A program made the position numbers and the translations under genes. The notes below the pieces were generated by a model. It saw nothing but the letters and a program-made list of their open reading frames with translations. It had not been told where the DNA came from and made no database searches. Shown here piece by piece: positions 40,157 through 52,012 of a DNA stretch of 64,000 bases. The DNA is from Botryllus schlosseri (taxonomy: Eukaryota): the NCBI GenBank assembly GCA_051294905.1, contig CM119371.1:37264001-37328000 (forward strand), written 5' to 3'. Each line of letters starts with the position of its first letter. Positions within the stretch are counted from its first letter, which is position 1.

Positions 40157-42361
40157 GCTCAAGTGTTAACATGCTCACGTGTAGCCATGCTGAATTGTCG
40201 TCATGCCGATGAGTCCCAATGCTGATGTGTCACCATGCTTATTTGACCCCATGCTCATGAGCATAGGCGCCGACTTTTATTTTTGCATGGAGTGGCGGCA
40301 GGCGCGTAGTCAGGTGGGTGTCGAAACCCCTTCCTCTTAAAACGCAAAACCCCGTCCTTTTGAGTTGACCATTCTTACTCTAATGTTTAGTTACAATTCA
40401 ACAAGTCGTGTTATCAGTGTTGGGAGGGCAAATTAACGAGATTCGTCTGTGCACGCATATCGCATCGCACAATGCAACGCGACGCGATATCCCGCTGAAA
40501 TGATTGCGAAAGTAGGTCATTGATTGCCGCGAGCTCGGCATTCGTCGCTGGACTGAGCAGTAACATGGCGCGACAATTCTGGGACACGAAAGACGGGCAA
40601 GACTGATGATTACAAACGCGCGCAGCCGATCAGTAATTCTCCCTTACCGCCAACGCAATGGTTTTTACTTAGTATCTGAGTAGCTCACATCGCGACAAGT
40701 GGTTGCTGATTAAAACATCGATTTTGACTGAATTGCTGCATTTCCCGATTTACGTTCGCAAAGCATAACTGGATTAATATTATGGGCACTGGAATAAATT
40801 CCAACTAGCTGGCACACACCATAAAACACTGTTTAACTTGCGCTCCGAGAATATTTATCACAAAAATGGTACACTAAATATTTTAAACGCGGCTTGCGGC
40901 CGTCATTGATGCAAATAATGCACTTTAATTTGTAGAAGGTGAACGGATATTTGGTGCTTCTCAGAGCGCGCGATGAAATCTACGTTTCTAACGATGACGT
41001 CGAATTTGTGTATCTAATAAGGATCGTTAGTTTGCTGAAATCAGCATCAGTTCACTGTGCAAAATACATAGTAGTGATCAATTTTATCGGACTGTACAAT
41101 CGGCCGGCAAGGTTGCGCCGATTACGAAATTGCAGACATGCCGCAAACATGCAATAATTACAATTACAGGGTGCGCTAGTCATACCTAAATACCCAGATT
41201 TGACATTGGCAACGAGCACAATTTGTTCAGTCGCGGGCATAAGTTTTAATCAAAAAGATGTATAAACACAAACAATATTACACTCAGAGATTGGTACTGT
41301 TTGGCGAAATTGTTTCTGCGGGTGGTAGTAGGCCTGCATGCGGACGCGATTAATCAAACCACCGCCGATAGTGCACAAGCACATGAGATATCGATGACCC
41401 ATTTCGCATACAAATGATTCTCGCTAATTTGCAGTACGCAGCATCGATAATACGAATTAGTGAATTGGCATTTCAAAGGGACTGGATTTCTAGTTTTAAA
41501 TGAGAAACTCACTGGCTGCGCACCTAGGGTTTTGATACCGACAACGCGCTGGTTAAGATTAGTCAGGGGCCTACGGCATACGTGAGTCCCGATCAGCCAG
41601 TCGAATTTGATCGTGAAATGGTGCGATTTTAATTGTGTTATTGCAGCAAGAGCAAATATGGCGCATGCCGCAACCTTATCAATAGAAATACAAATCCCGA
41701 TGGTTTGAAATCGATCCCCGACATGGCTGCGCCCGATAGAGTCCGTCCAGCGAAGTTGGTTGGAACATAGAAGGCTCCCGCTCAAACTAATTGAGTAAAT
41801 TCAGAAATTCCGCCACCGAGGATCTCTGGTTGCATCAATATTTGACAGCATAATTCAACGCCGTGCATTGCACAATGCGCAGTAAGAATAACAAATCAAC
41901 GTGAATTCGCTCGTCCAGTAGAGAGAGCTGGTGTTTCTCAGAGCACGCGTGTCGAAATCGACGTCGTAAACGAGGTAGCTTCGATTGTGTGATTACTAAT
42001 CACGGATTACAATTTATTGGGGCGTTTTAAGCACTAGTTTAAGCTGCGTATTCAATTATTCGCGCGCGTATCGGTTAATAGTAAATAGTTGGCATTTACG
42101 CGACAATCACAGAACCGCTAATTGACAACACAGACGGCGGACGTTTAAGCATTTTGTATGGGGTGGCCGCCACCCCATAATTATGTCAAGTCGCCGCCTC
42201 GTAACTCCGCGCCTATGCTCATGAGTACCCATGCGCATGAGTCCCTTTGCTCAGCCGTCGTTATGATTAAAAGACGCCGTGTGTAAGTGTCGCATGCCTA
42301 TGTGTGACTACACTCATGTGTCCCAATGCTACTGTGTCGCATGCGCATTTTTCCACGAACC
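40157..42361. repeat. Degenerate 16-bp tandem array (ATGCTCATGTGTCCCC-like) split by the 40262-42217 insertion
   Basis: Units continue in register on both sides of the insertion (40157-40261 and 42218-42350). Confidence 0.75.
40262..42217. mobile_element. 1.96-kb non-autonomous hAT-type element
   Basis: TIR CATAGGCGCCGACTT / AACTCCGCGCCTATG, TSD CTCATGAG, CpG-rich interior with no convincing ORF. Confidence 0.85.
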
Positions 42362-42452
42362 CTCTGAGATGAGTCGTTTTGTCATGTTACGATGGCGCCA
42401 TCTTGAGGTTAAAAATATTTGCCGCAAAGTGAAAATTGGATCTTAGGTTCAG

Positions 42453-42681
42453 AAAATCAAGAATCAAAATCAAAGAAAAACAGAGACAAGGCAAGGTCAT
42501 CTAGTCTGCACAACTATCATTTTCTTGTCCATGCTATCCGTGGATGCAGACTGTGCATTGTAGAGCGCCTATCGGGATAGCCACGGATGTCAGTTTATGA
42601 AGTCTTTAGTCTGACCAGGCCCGGGATTGAACCCACGACCTACCGATCAAGCCGGACGCATCACTATCTCCGCTATGTCGC
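42453..42681 (-). mobile_element. tRNA-derived SINE (family 2), possibly with a Meta-type central domain
   Basis: On -: tRNA-like head, B box GGGTTCAATCCC (42623-42634), then GGTCAGACTAAAGACTT..., and a (TTGATT)-type tail. Confidence 0.7.
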
Positions 42682-44827
42682 TCGATAAAAATCTTAGCCA
42701 CAGCGTCCTGGATTTCGTAACAGTCATGGCAATTGTCTTTGTTCAGCAATTTCAGCATCGGAGCCAGTTCCGACAACTATGGAGTGCACGTATCCGGATA
42801 CTCGTGGAATACAACCCGCGATGCTCTTTCATATCAAAACAATCGATACTTCACAACGAAAGGCGGGTTTTGCAGAAGATAATGAAATGTAGGACGGTCT
42901 TCAAAATACGTTGACATTGAGACACGTCTCGCAGTTTATTTTTCAGATACTTTTCACATTTTGAATGAGCCATCTAGTTTAAAAATTTCTGTATATCTCT
43001 GTTCAATTCTCTTCTGAATTAAACGGACTGATTTCAACACATACGGTTTGCGAAATAAAGAAAATGAAGCTGACATCTTCAGCGTCGATTTGCATTTGCC
43101 TTTGCATCTCTCTGATTATAACTACCGTGTTTCTTAGGTGACTAAATAGGAAATGTAAAATAGCATATTCTATACCTTATAAAAATAAAATGTGTCGTCA
43201 TGTTGTTAATGCACAGTGCACACATGCCGTTTCTTACAAATTCGACCAGAAGTATTCCGTGCCAAGTATACTACACTGTATACGGAGAGTTAGACAATTA
43301 GAGAGTTTTTAGCCATTTCAAATTAGACTAGTTATATAGTGATCTAAGCTACACAGTTTTTTCAAAAATTAATTTCAGTTTATATCAAATCAGAGCTTGG
43401 CCTCAAAAGCATGCCGAACACACCGAGCGTGGCTAGATTCGCATATATACATTTAGCAAATTAAATAGGAATTATTAGACCATCAACATTTCGGTATATT
43501 TATTTTACTTAGATGACTAGAATTATCTAGTTACTCACATCCGACTAAACGTGTGCGCGCAGCCTCTTATAATTGCGTGCTATTCGAAGCTATTCGAAAG
43601 ACAGCTAGCCTGGATTCTCAGTATATAATACTATCCGCTAGGTGGCGCTGTTGGATTAAATCCAGCACGGCCTTGTTCGCGAATTATATACAAAGCCTTC
43701 GACCGCATGCAAACTAAATTCCACGACCTCATTTTCACTCTTTGACTTGGACATGATAAACGTCATGTCAGGAATTGAGGATCACATTGCCAACGCGAAG
43801 CCCGAGACCAGTGGTTCTCAAAATTTTCAGCCTTTCGGCAGATGGATATTATAGCAGTCCGGTGTTCTTGAGCTCTGTCAACGTTTACTTACACCTTATT
43901 TTCCATAGTCTGTGTAGCGGTCGCTGCAAGGACTTGTTGCAAGACACGCTGGTATAGTGCTTGATTGGAGTCGACGGTACAGCTACAGTTCCTGTTGTAC
44001 GCACTAATCGACTGACTAATGACTACTCTGAGTACTCTTGCAATCCTGATCACACACGCAGATCCAAGGAGCTTTCTTTAATAGCACAGAACAGCCAAAT
44101 AGTAGTAATTAGTGGTCAGAAACATGTAGATTTACCAGGTCCAAATGATACTGTGGTACAATAAGAAATAGAGAAAGATAAATGAAGCCAATTGTCCATC
44201 TTACGACTGAAGCGCGAGCGCGCCAACCTCAATATGCGAGCTTTGAGAACACGTGCCTCGCAGACTGCCTGAGCCGTCACGGTTGTGGTTCGGAGCGCGG
44301 CGTATTTATGCTATCGCGCATGACGGAATTGGCATCCTGCTGGGACAGCTGTTAAGTCTGTATTCAGTCTTTTTTAGCGATTGGAAGGGTCAGTGAATTT
44401 GGTTATTTAGCAGGAAGCGCACTGGTTCAACAGTCAGTGTTGGGAACAAGTCACTATTTTCGAGTCATAAATCTTATTGAGTCATTTGAAATTTTTACTC
44501 GAGTCAAGTCTAGTCTACTTCTCAAATTACGATGTATGATTTAAGTCATTGCATTATTCTGCAAGAAGTTTGAAGTACATATTGAATCGATATTTATTCC
44601 CAGTCGAGAAAATTATATAGAATTACTCACACACTGAAAATGCAGTCGCTCTCACATACGTAAAACTGCCTAACTACGTTGGTAACTGGATAAACGCAGC
44701 GAATAATTGGAGGATGGAATTGGAAACCTCATTAAGTTGAATCGAGTTGATATGATATAATGCGAAACCTACTTACACACACATAACATAAAAATCAGGC
44801 TTGCGCCAATTTATATAAGCTTATTAG

Positions 44828-45177
44828 TAGGATTTTCCATACGTTCTCCTGTGGGAGGATTTGTCCGCCTTTTTTAGGAACTTGAAAATGTCATCTGAGG
44901 ATGTCTAGCCTAAATGTCCCCATTCTTGGCAATTCATCCTTCGTTATCGCTAGGGTGATGAACCTGAACAGATTCAACTGAAAATCGGCATAAATGACCT
45001 GAAATAGGTAATGCAGACGTTCGAGCGAGTCAGTTGGGAGTCGCATGAGAGTGATGACCTTTCTTTTAGTCAACTCAACAAAATTCACAGTAAATATTGC
45101 AAAATCGGCTCTTTTCCGCTTCGATCAACAGGCTTTTATGATTTGGTAAAAGTGACTAGTCGAGTTGGGTATCCCTA
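44828..45177. mobile_element. hAT-type MITE family A, degenerate
   Basis: Shares GGAGGATTTGTCC and TTTTAGTCAACTC motifs, worn termini. Confidence 0.65.
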
Positions 45178-46312
45178 ATTATAACGTTCATTAGTATAAA
45201 ATAGATTATGCCGATTCCACATGACATTGAAGATGATTCGGTGTTTTCCGACCAGACAGATTTCATTACACTTTGTGACAAATGAAAATGCTGTAGGTCG
45301 ATGACGACTTCAAGAATGTGTCCTTTCCGCAAACGTACATGGCGTTGTGCTACATGTCTACTATGCTATCATACGGCCAATTGATGTTTAAAGTCATTCA
45401 CAGTGGAAAACAGTATCGAAACTGTTATTATCGTTGATAAATTACCTCTTGGGGGCATGGAGCGTATATAATTGCAGTCGCCGAAATACATCATTCCAAA
45501 CTAATATACTCGGATAATCAGAATGAATACCCGATTCAATCTCGATTACTCGAATCATTGTGTCCAGCACCACTTACGGCTGTGAGAATTGTTTTTCAAG
45601 ATTTCGCACGCGCATGATAAATACCATGTTTCAGGGAACATAATCCACGCGCGTGCCTTTCCAAAACACTTCCAAAACAGATTTATTTTGATTTAGTAGT
45701 GACAAAAAACAATGAAATAAAACACAAGACCCAGGACAATTAACCTCCCCGTATATCCAATCGTAGACGTGAATTTGGGACGTATACATCGGGCTCAAAC
45801 CAGGTGGTATGAGCTCGTACCCAATGGTTGTCATAACAACCTTGATTTAATCCAGAACATAGCGTGTAAACTTATTGTATCGGACATTAGTCGAGTGGTC
45901 CTAGCGCGCGATTCAAGCGTGAAATATTTCCAATAGTAAGGTCCCAACCCGAAAAGATCGACCGGTCGTCGACCTCCGTTGTGCATTAAAAAAAAAACAG
46001 TCCTTGAAATGTGTGTGGGGGAGGGGGGCGCTAGACCTAAGCAATTTTTGAAAATGGGGCGCTGGAGGAAAAAGATCAAGAACCACTGGTTTAAACAATG
46101 CATTGCATCCATGGTTACTGATTTACTCAATAGTAAGGGCCCTAAGCTTTAAACCAGTGTTATTTTGTTCATTTAATGCTAATTTGTTAGCATATCTACT
46201 GTTTTGTCACTAACCTCGTGTGGCAACACTAGTTGAGAATCATATTTCGCTCGAAATCCACGAAGTCTATGACCAGTGATCGTCAACATTTTAACTTGCG
46301 ACAAAGGAGTTA

Positions 46313-46471
46313 AATTGCGCTTCTGGCCTCGGAGGAGGATGGTGGTGTGGCGACTACACCAACAACAATCTGAATGGAAACTTCAACAAAACAGGCGAGA
46401 AGGAAATTTGGTGGGATGATCCCTTTATCCTCCTGCGCTTCTCGGAGATGAAGTTTCGCACAAGATTATGA
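46313..46471 (+). pseudogene. Orphan C-terminal fragment of a fibrinogen-related domain (FReD; ficolin/tenascin-like)
   Basis: Translates NCASGLGGGWWCGDYTNNNLNGNFNKTGEKEIWWDDPFILLRFSEMKFRTRL*, matching NCA..GGWW..C..NLNG..GI.W..SEMK. The conserved Tyr/Cys and Gly positions are altered, AATAAA follows about 20 bp downstream, and the 5' side abuts a transposon-like end near 46274. Confidence 0.8.
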
Positions 46472-48044
46472 AAAGAATATTAATCTCAAAATAAAATGAA
46501 AAATAGCTGTATCCATGTATGTGTCTATGATGTATCCATAAAAGACTATTTTGGTAGTGGTTCCTCCATTCGCCTGTCTTTTCAATATATCACGATCTTG
46601 TGATTTGTTAATCTCCAGCGAAATCTCAATTAATCACGATGACATTAATTTTTTCTTAGAATTTTTCTTTGAAGACATATTAGAAGACAATATAACGATA
46701 TTGATGGGAAGGCCTCATGAGATAACAATTATAATTTTTAATGTGACGTCATTTCTGTCTTACGTCACAAAATAGTCATTGCTTAACCTTATAGCTGGCG
46801 ATTTATCGCACCTAACGATTTGTATTCTAGCCAGGGCCGTAACTGTTGCACTCCAAACCCTCAAATGGTGGGGGGGGGGGGGGCAAGCTAGAAGGTGGCC
46901 CGCCAACAATATTTCGTAAATCAACCCTTATAGAGTATATTTTTGAGATATTTATTTTACTAGAAAATGTTCTTCGCGCTCCGCGATTTAATGTCGCTAA
47001 ATATCTTTTTATATCCATATCCCTACCCCGACTCCACGAAGTATGCTACCAAAGAAAGACCACGGTCAACACTTTCTATCTAAATGTGTCTATTGTCCGT
47101 AGCCGCTCTGAATAGGTGTGAGGAATAGTACTGTCCTGCCAATCTTAGCCCCACATTATACAAATGCTACCGCGGAAAGCCACAGATGAAATGATGCGTA
47201 CACGAGGAAATCTCAATTTATGTTTGCGTGACACTAAAGAAGTTTTTCTTTTAGTTCAGTCCGGTACGTTTGGGCGACTCCAATATCCTTTAGGTCTATA
47301 GCAGACGGGATGTCACGAATTAATAACATGCAACAAAGTAATAATAACAACGGGCACGCCCAAATATGTTGGAATTGTTAACTACGTGCCGTAAATTTTC
47401 GCAGTCACCGGCTTCCTCAGCTCTACCGGTAAATCTGAACACGTGGTCTGAGAGAGGATCAAAAATGAATAGCTATATATTCAATTACCAATGTTATTGA
47501 GGAAATGCAGTCATGAATCAGAAGTTTGAATGATCACCCGATAGGGGTCCGAGACCCACGTTTGGGGGAAGGGCTGACGAATTGCTGTATCGATTCTGAT
47601 TCTGGCTACAGCCCACCATGGTGTCTAGATCAGAGGCCGGGAACCTTTTTCATCAAAAGAGTCATATTCATCAAAAGAGTCATAATTCGGAAAGAGCCAT
47701 ACAATGATTCAAATTGACGGTTACGTCACAATTGAAGATTTGTTGCGTCGTGGTGGCACTATAGAGTATGACTGGAGTGACGACTCGATTGTTCTCCCAT
47801 TGTTAGCCGGCAGAATGGTCACGGTCAGATGGATCCACCCAAAACAGGATAGCTCAGTGCTTGTTTCAATGGCGTTCAAGGCGATTCTTCGTGTATTTCT
47901 TGAAGTTGCGTCGGAATTAGTTAGACAGTTCAACATTTAGGTAGCGGTGGCGAGTCGTTATGACTAGTGAATAATACCGTGTAGCCTCTGTTATATTTTT
48001 CGCCAGATTTAGATCATATTTCGCCACGGATATAAATCGGTATC

Positions 48045-49099
48045 ATGACTGATTCAGCTGCATCACTTTGGGATGACTGGGAGGGACTGACTGAAATGGA
48101 AATTGAAGAATGTTTCGAAGGACTCGATAACTGGAAAGGTGTGATTTGTGAGGAATGCGAAGCATCCTTTCTGACTGTGAAAGCTCTGAAAAAAAATTAC
48201 AAAAATCATAAAGTTCCCACCAGTACTTGGGATATATCTGAGGATGCTGTAATTGCTGTTTTGAAGAGGGCTTGTGTAAATACCAAAAAATACTTTGAAT
48301 GCGCCCCATCATTCGAGGAACTAGACGTGACCAAAGCTGTTCCATTGGTGAAACAACTCCATTCTGAATATTGCAAACTTGGTGTTGACGGATTTTATCA
48401 ACATTATTCTAATATCTGTCACCAAGCTAACAAGTTGCTGGGTTTGCCGCAATTGCCAGCTTCAGCATCACTTTTGAAGATGTTTGATTCTCTCGTGTGC
48501 GGTAAAGAACAGGATCCAATCACAGAGATTGGAGGAGTCAACAGCAAGGAATCTGGTAAGTAAATAGCCTTTGATACTTTGCCTTTCCATGGAAAAACTT
48601 TGACATGTTTTTAGACATACTTGAATATATTGGTGGAGTGCTTTTGGGAGCCATTTCTAAGCAAGCTAACGAAGCAATTGCCACATGCCTAACATCTGCA
48701 GCGCCATCAGGAAACCTCATTAAAGTGATGCAGAAGAAAGTCGGTGGATTGAAGAGCCCGTCTGAACAGTTTCATGGCATGGTTCTCCGCTTTTATGTTA
48801 TCCACAGTAAAGAAATGGCAAAACCCCTGAAAAAGATCAATTTTTTCAGGGTACTTGACGCAATTCACTGTGATCCATTCTTTAACAAATTAATTCATAC
48901 TGTGTCACTTCAATCTGGCTCAGACCTAAATGAGGTTGAGGATGTCATGGACAAGGCAATGAGACACTTGAATAACATCTTGTCTCACAATTTTGCAAAG
49001 TTTGCATTGCATGAGAAGCAAAAAAAGTCCTCCAAATTTTCCAAAAGTTTGCGAGATGGCTTGAAAAAAAATGAACAATATGCTCTTTTAGTATGGTAG
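48045..49099 (+). CDS. Two-exon 331-aa gene inside the P-like element (48045-48555 + 48615-49099); degenerate C2H2-like finger plus a region resembling P-transposase C-termini
   Basis: A 59-bp GTAAGT...TTTTTAG phase-1 intron joins the 172-aa and 164-aa ORFs in frame (...KES-D-ILEYIGG...). Motifs: CEECEASFLTVKALKKNYKNH, LEYIGG...LI...GGLKSPS, basic tail KKSSKFSKSLRDGLKK. Confidence 0.75.
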
Positions 49100-49361
49100 T
49101 TTTTTCTCTCTGTGGCAAATGCTGCCTATCCACATTGAGGTTCCCTACCTAAAAAAGGAAACCAATGCGTTGGTCGAAACCTTGACGTGGTGCATTGGCT
49201 TACTACTAATGTCGACCGGCAGATGTCTTCCTGTGTTCTTGGCAATGACAACGAGTTCCCTTCAAGTGCGATTTTGCACACTTTCAAGGAGTAAGCTCTG
49301 GCTATTGTGAGTCGAGCTCAAGCAGAACATTAACATTACACAAGGCTCTTGTTCTAGTCAT

Positions 49362-50679
49362 CAGGGCCGTAACAGCACTTTGTCAGCCCCCCCCCAAACG
49401 TTGGTCATGGGCCCCTCATAGGGTGATAAACCGAACTTCTAGGGGGCTTCGCCCCCCAGACCGCCCATTGGCTATACGCTGTGTACCGCTACTCATCATC
49501 TGTGTTCACCGTCCGTTTAGTGGGGCAGCTTTGGACGTCCGCAGGCGCGAAGCGCAAAAAATTTCAAAATTCATGATTTAATCGGTCAATATGATCGGGA
49601 ATTGAATATATATTATTATCAATTTTTATCCTCTCTCTGCCCACGTAATCAGATTTAACGGTAGACCTGAGTGAGGTGTGTTTGAAATGGTAGGACCCCT
49701 CAATAATAATTGAACATCTTCGGGCGTATACCCGTTCGCAGGAACGAAACAGCACTTGGCCAGGCCCCCCCCAATAAAACTTGGGTCTTGGGCTCCCATA
49801 GGGTGATAAACCGCCCCCCCCATCACGTTGTTCGCTTTTGTCACGAAATAAGGGCCACAGTTTAGTGAGGTAGCGCGAGGCGCGAAAATATTCGATAATT
49901 CATGATAAAATCGGTCAATAATATTGGGAATTGCATATATATTATTGCTATCAATTTTTTGTTCTCTCTGTTCACGTTGTCAGATTTACCGGTAGAGCTG
50001 AATGAGGTGGCTTGGAAACTGTAGGGCCCGTAAATAATAATTAAACATATTCGGGCGGGCAGCCCCGTTGGTATGACCTCGTTTCATGATGTCATTTCGT
50101 GATCTCCTGTCCGTTATATCAAAAAATACAGAATCGCCCAAATGTACTAGAACTAGACTAACGATGCACGCGATCTCAAATTGGTATTTCTTTACGGGCA
50201 TACAATCTTTCCCTGCGGAGTGGTATTTGTCTTCTGAGGTTCAGATTGCCAAGACAGGAACATTCGGCGCCAGTCATTAAGGCGCCTATGGAAAATTAAA
50301 CCTATATGCATTTTGCATATATAACGAAGTTTTTGGTCAGCGTAAGCGGGCAGTCCTTTTTGGCCCAGGTTTTCTCGCTGCCGGTCGTTCTGGCACACTT
50401 CTTGGAGTCGCATGTTACATGTTCTAAAACTTTAAATGTCTCGCCGATATGTCCATTTCGACAAATCTTGCGTATTTTGTCTTAGGGAAGAGTAGGCTAC
50501 CAAATAACTAAGAAAGTTGGCAACTTGAAATCACACGCAGCGCGAAAAATTTTTGAAAAAGTTGCATAAATTTTTGAAAAATACTCAATAATTTATGCTA
50601 ATTCGCGAAATAATTTTGGGCCCCCTTCGAGCTCGCCCCCCCCAAGTGGGGGGCTTGGGGTGCGGCAGTTACGGTCCTG
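49362..50679. mobile_element. Non-autonomous hAT-type element nested in the P-like element
   Basis: TIR CAGGGCCGTAAC / GTTACGGTCCTG, perfect 8-bp TSD CTAGTCAT, internal duplication of about 330 bp. Confidence 0.92.
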
Positions 50680-51393
50680 CTAGTCATACTCAAGTTTCTG
50701 CGGTTATCGGACAGGCATTATATAAGACTACAAGACAGTTGCAATATTATTTGTTATATTCATACTCGAGTTTCTGCAGTTAATATAGGACATATTTTCA
50801 ATCAACTATATTGTGAATTGCATATCGGGATAGTTCAAGATCTTTCCACTTGTTCACTTTGTAGTATTCTTCAGTCTTTCTTTCCATGAGTTCATCTCAC
50901 AATAGCCAATGCACACGAACCAGATATTCTATACCTTCTATCATTATATTCATATACGTAGCAAACTCTACAAAGGATCAAAGCCACAATATCACATCAA
51001 TCTCGTGAGAAATGTAACATAGGCTACACAGTATTATTCACTAGTCATAACGACTCGCCACCGCTACCTAAATGTTGAACTGTCTAACTAATTCCGACGC
51101 AACTTCAAGAAATACACGACGAATCGCCTTGAACGCCATTGAAACAAGCACTGAGCTATCCTGTTTTGGGTGGATCCATCTGACCGTGACCATTCTGCCG
51201 GCTAACAATGGGAGAACAATCGAGTCGTCACTCCAGTCATACTCTATAGTGGCACCAAATCGAAGTTCACTTCATGTGATTCGTCGTGTGCGTCATATTT
51301 CTGTTTATACGCGGATATGATGTTATAACCGCCCGCACAATTCAACCGGATGCCCGACGTTTGAGCGTGCAACATGCATTGAGCATTGGACAA

Positions 51394-52012
51394 TAGGGCT
51401 GTTCAAAAATAACTTTTTTTTCCGGATTCCAGCCATTCAGTGATTAAATCGTCAGGTTACCTTAAAAAACGCTGCACACCAAATTTGGTTCAATTCTAAC
51501 AAGTATAGGGCTCCGCGGATCCAATTAAAATTTTTAATTTAAACAGGAAAATTGAAAAAAAAATTTTTTCAAATTTTTCTGTCAACCCCATGAAATTGTT
51601 GAGCTGTCTTCAGAGACGATGCAAATAAAATTTGACTCAATTCGGACTAGTAGAAGTGGAGTTATTGGAGTTTTTCGTTGATAATTCTCCAATTATCCTT
51701 GATTGGTGGATAATCCGAGAATTATCAACGAAAAACTCAAATAACTCCGTTTCTACTGGTTGGAATTGACTCAAATTTCATTTGCATGGTCTTTGAAGAC
51801 ATCTCAACATTTTCATGGGGTTGAGAGAAAAATTTGAAATTTTTTTTTTTTTAATTTTACGTATTAAATTAAAAATTTTAATTGGCTCTGCGGACGCTTA
51901 GACATGTTCGAATTGAACCAAATTTGGTGTGCAGCCTTTGTTGTGGCAACCTGACAATTTAATCAGTGAATGGCTGGAATCAGGAAAAAAAAGTTATTTT
52001 TGAACAGCCCTA
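51394..52012. mobile_element. 619-bp whole-length palindromic (foldback) MITE
   Basis: Ends TAGGGCTGTTCAAAAATAAC / GTTATTTTTGAACAGCCCTA. Arms pair imperfectly to a 9-nt loop centred at 51703. Perfect TSD TTGGACAA. Confidence 0.93.

Larger units (their letters stand above)
47760..51248. mobile_element. P/Galileo-like DNA transposon derivative with ~228-bp TIRs and 7-bp TSD
   Basis: 47760-47987 and 51021-51248 are near-identical inverted repeats starting TATAGAG. GTGGCAC is duplicated at 47753-47759 and 51249-51255. Confidence 0.85.

Noticed and set aside
45631..45840. VVMTTIGY peptide resembling a potassium-channel pore motif (minus strand)
   Set aside because: In-frame stop just upstream, no GYG, no flanking helices or convincing splice sites.
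47704..47940. ORFs within the TIRs (also 51072-51320) and within the LTRs (58438, 59166)
   Set aside because: Duplicated only because they lie in terminal repeats, with no protein-like motifs.
47757..51251. CACTA/Transib reading of the long-TIR element (CACTATAG...CTATAGTG)
   Set aside because: These ends leave no 2-5-bp TSD. The CAC/GTG come from the quasi-palindromic 7-bp TSD GTGGCAC, and the 46-bp element shows the same TATAGA + 7-bp pattern.
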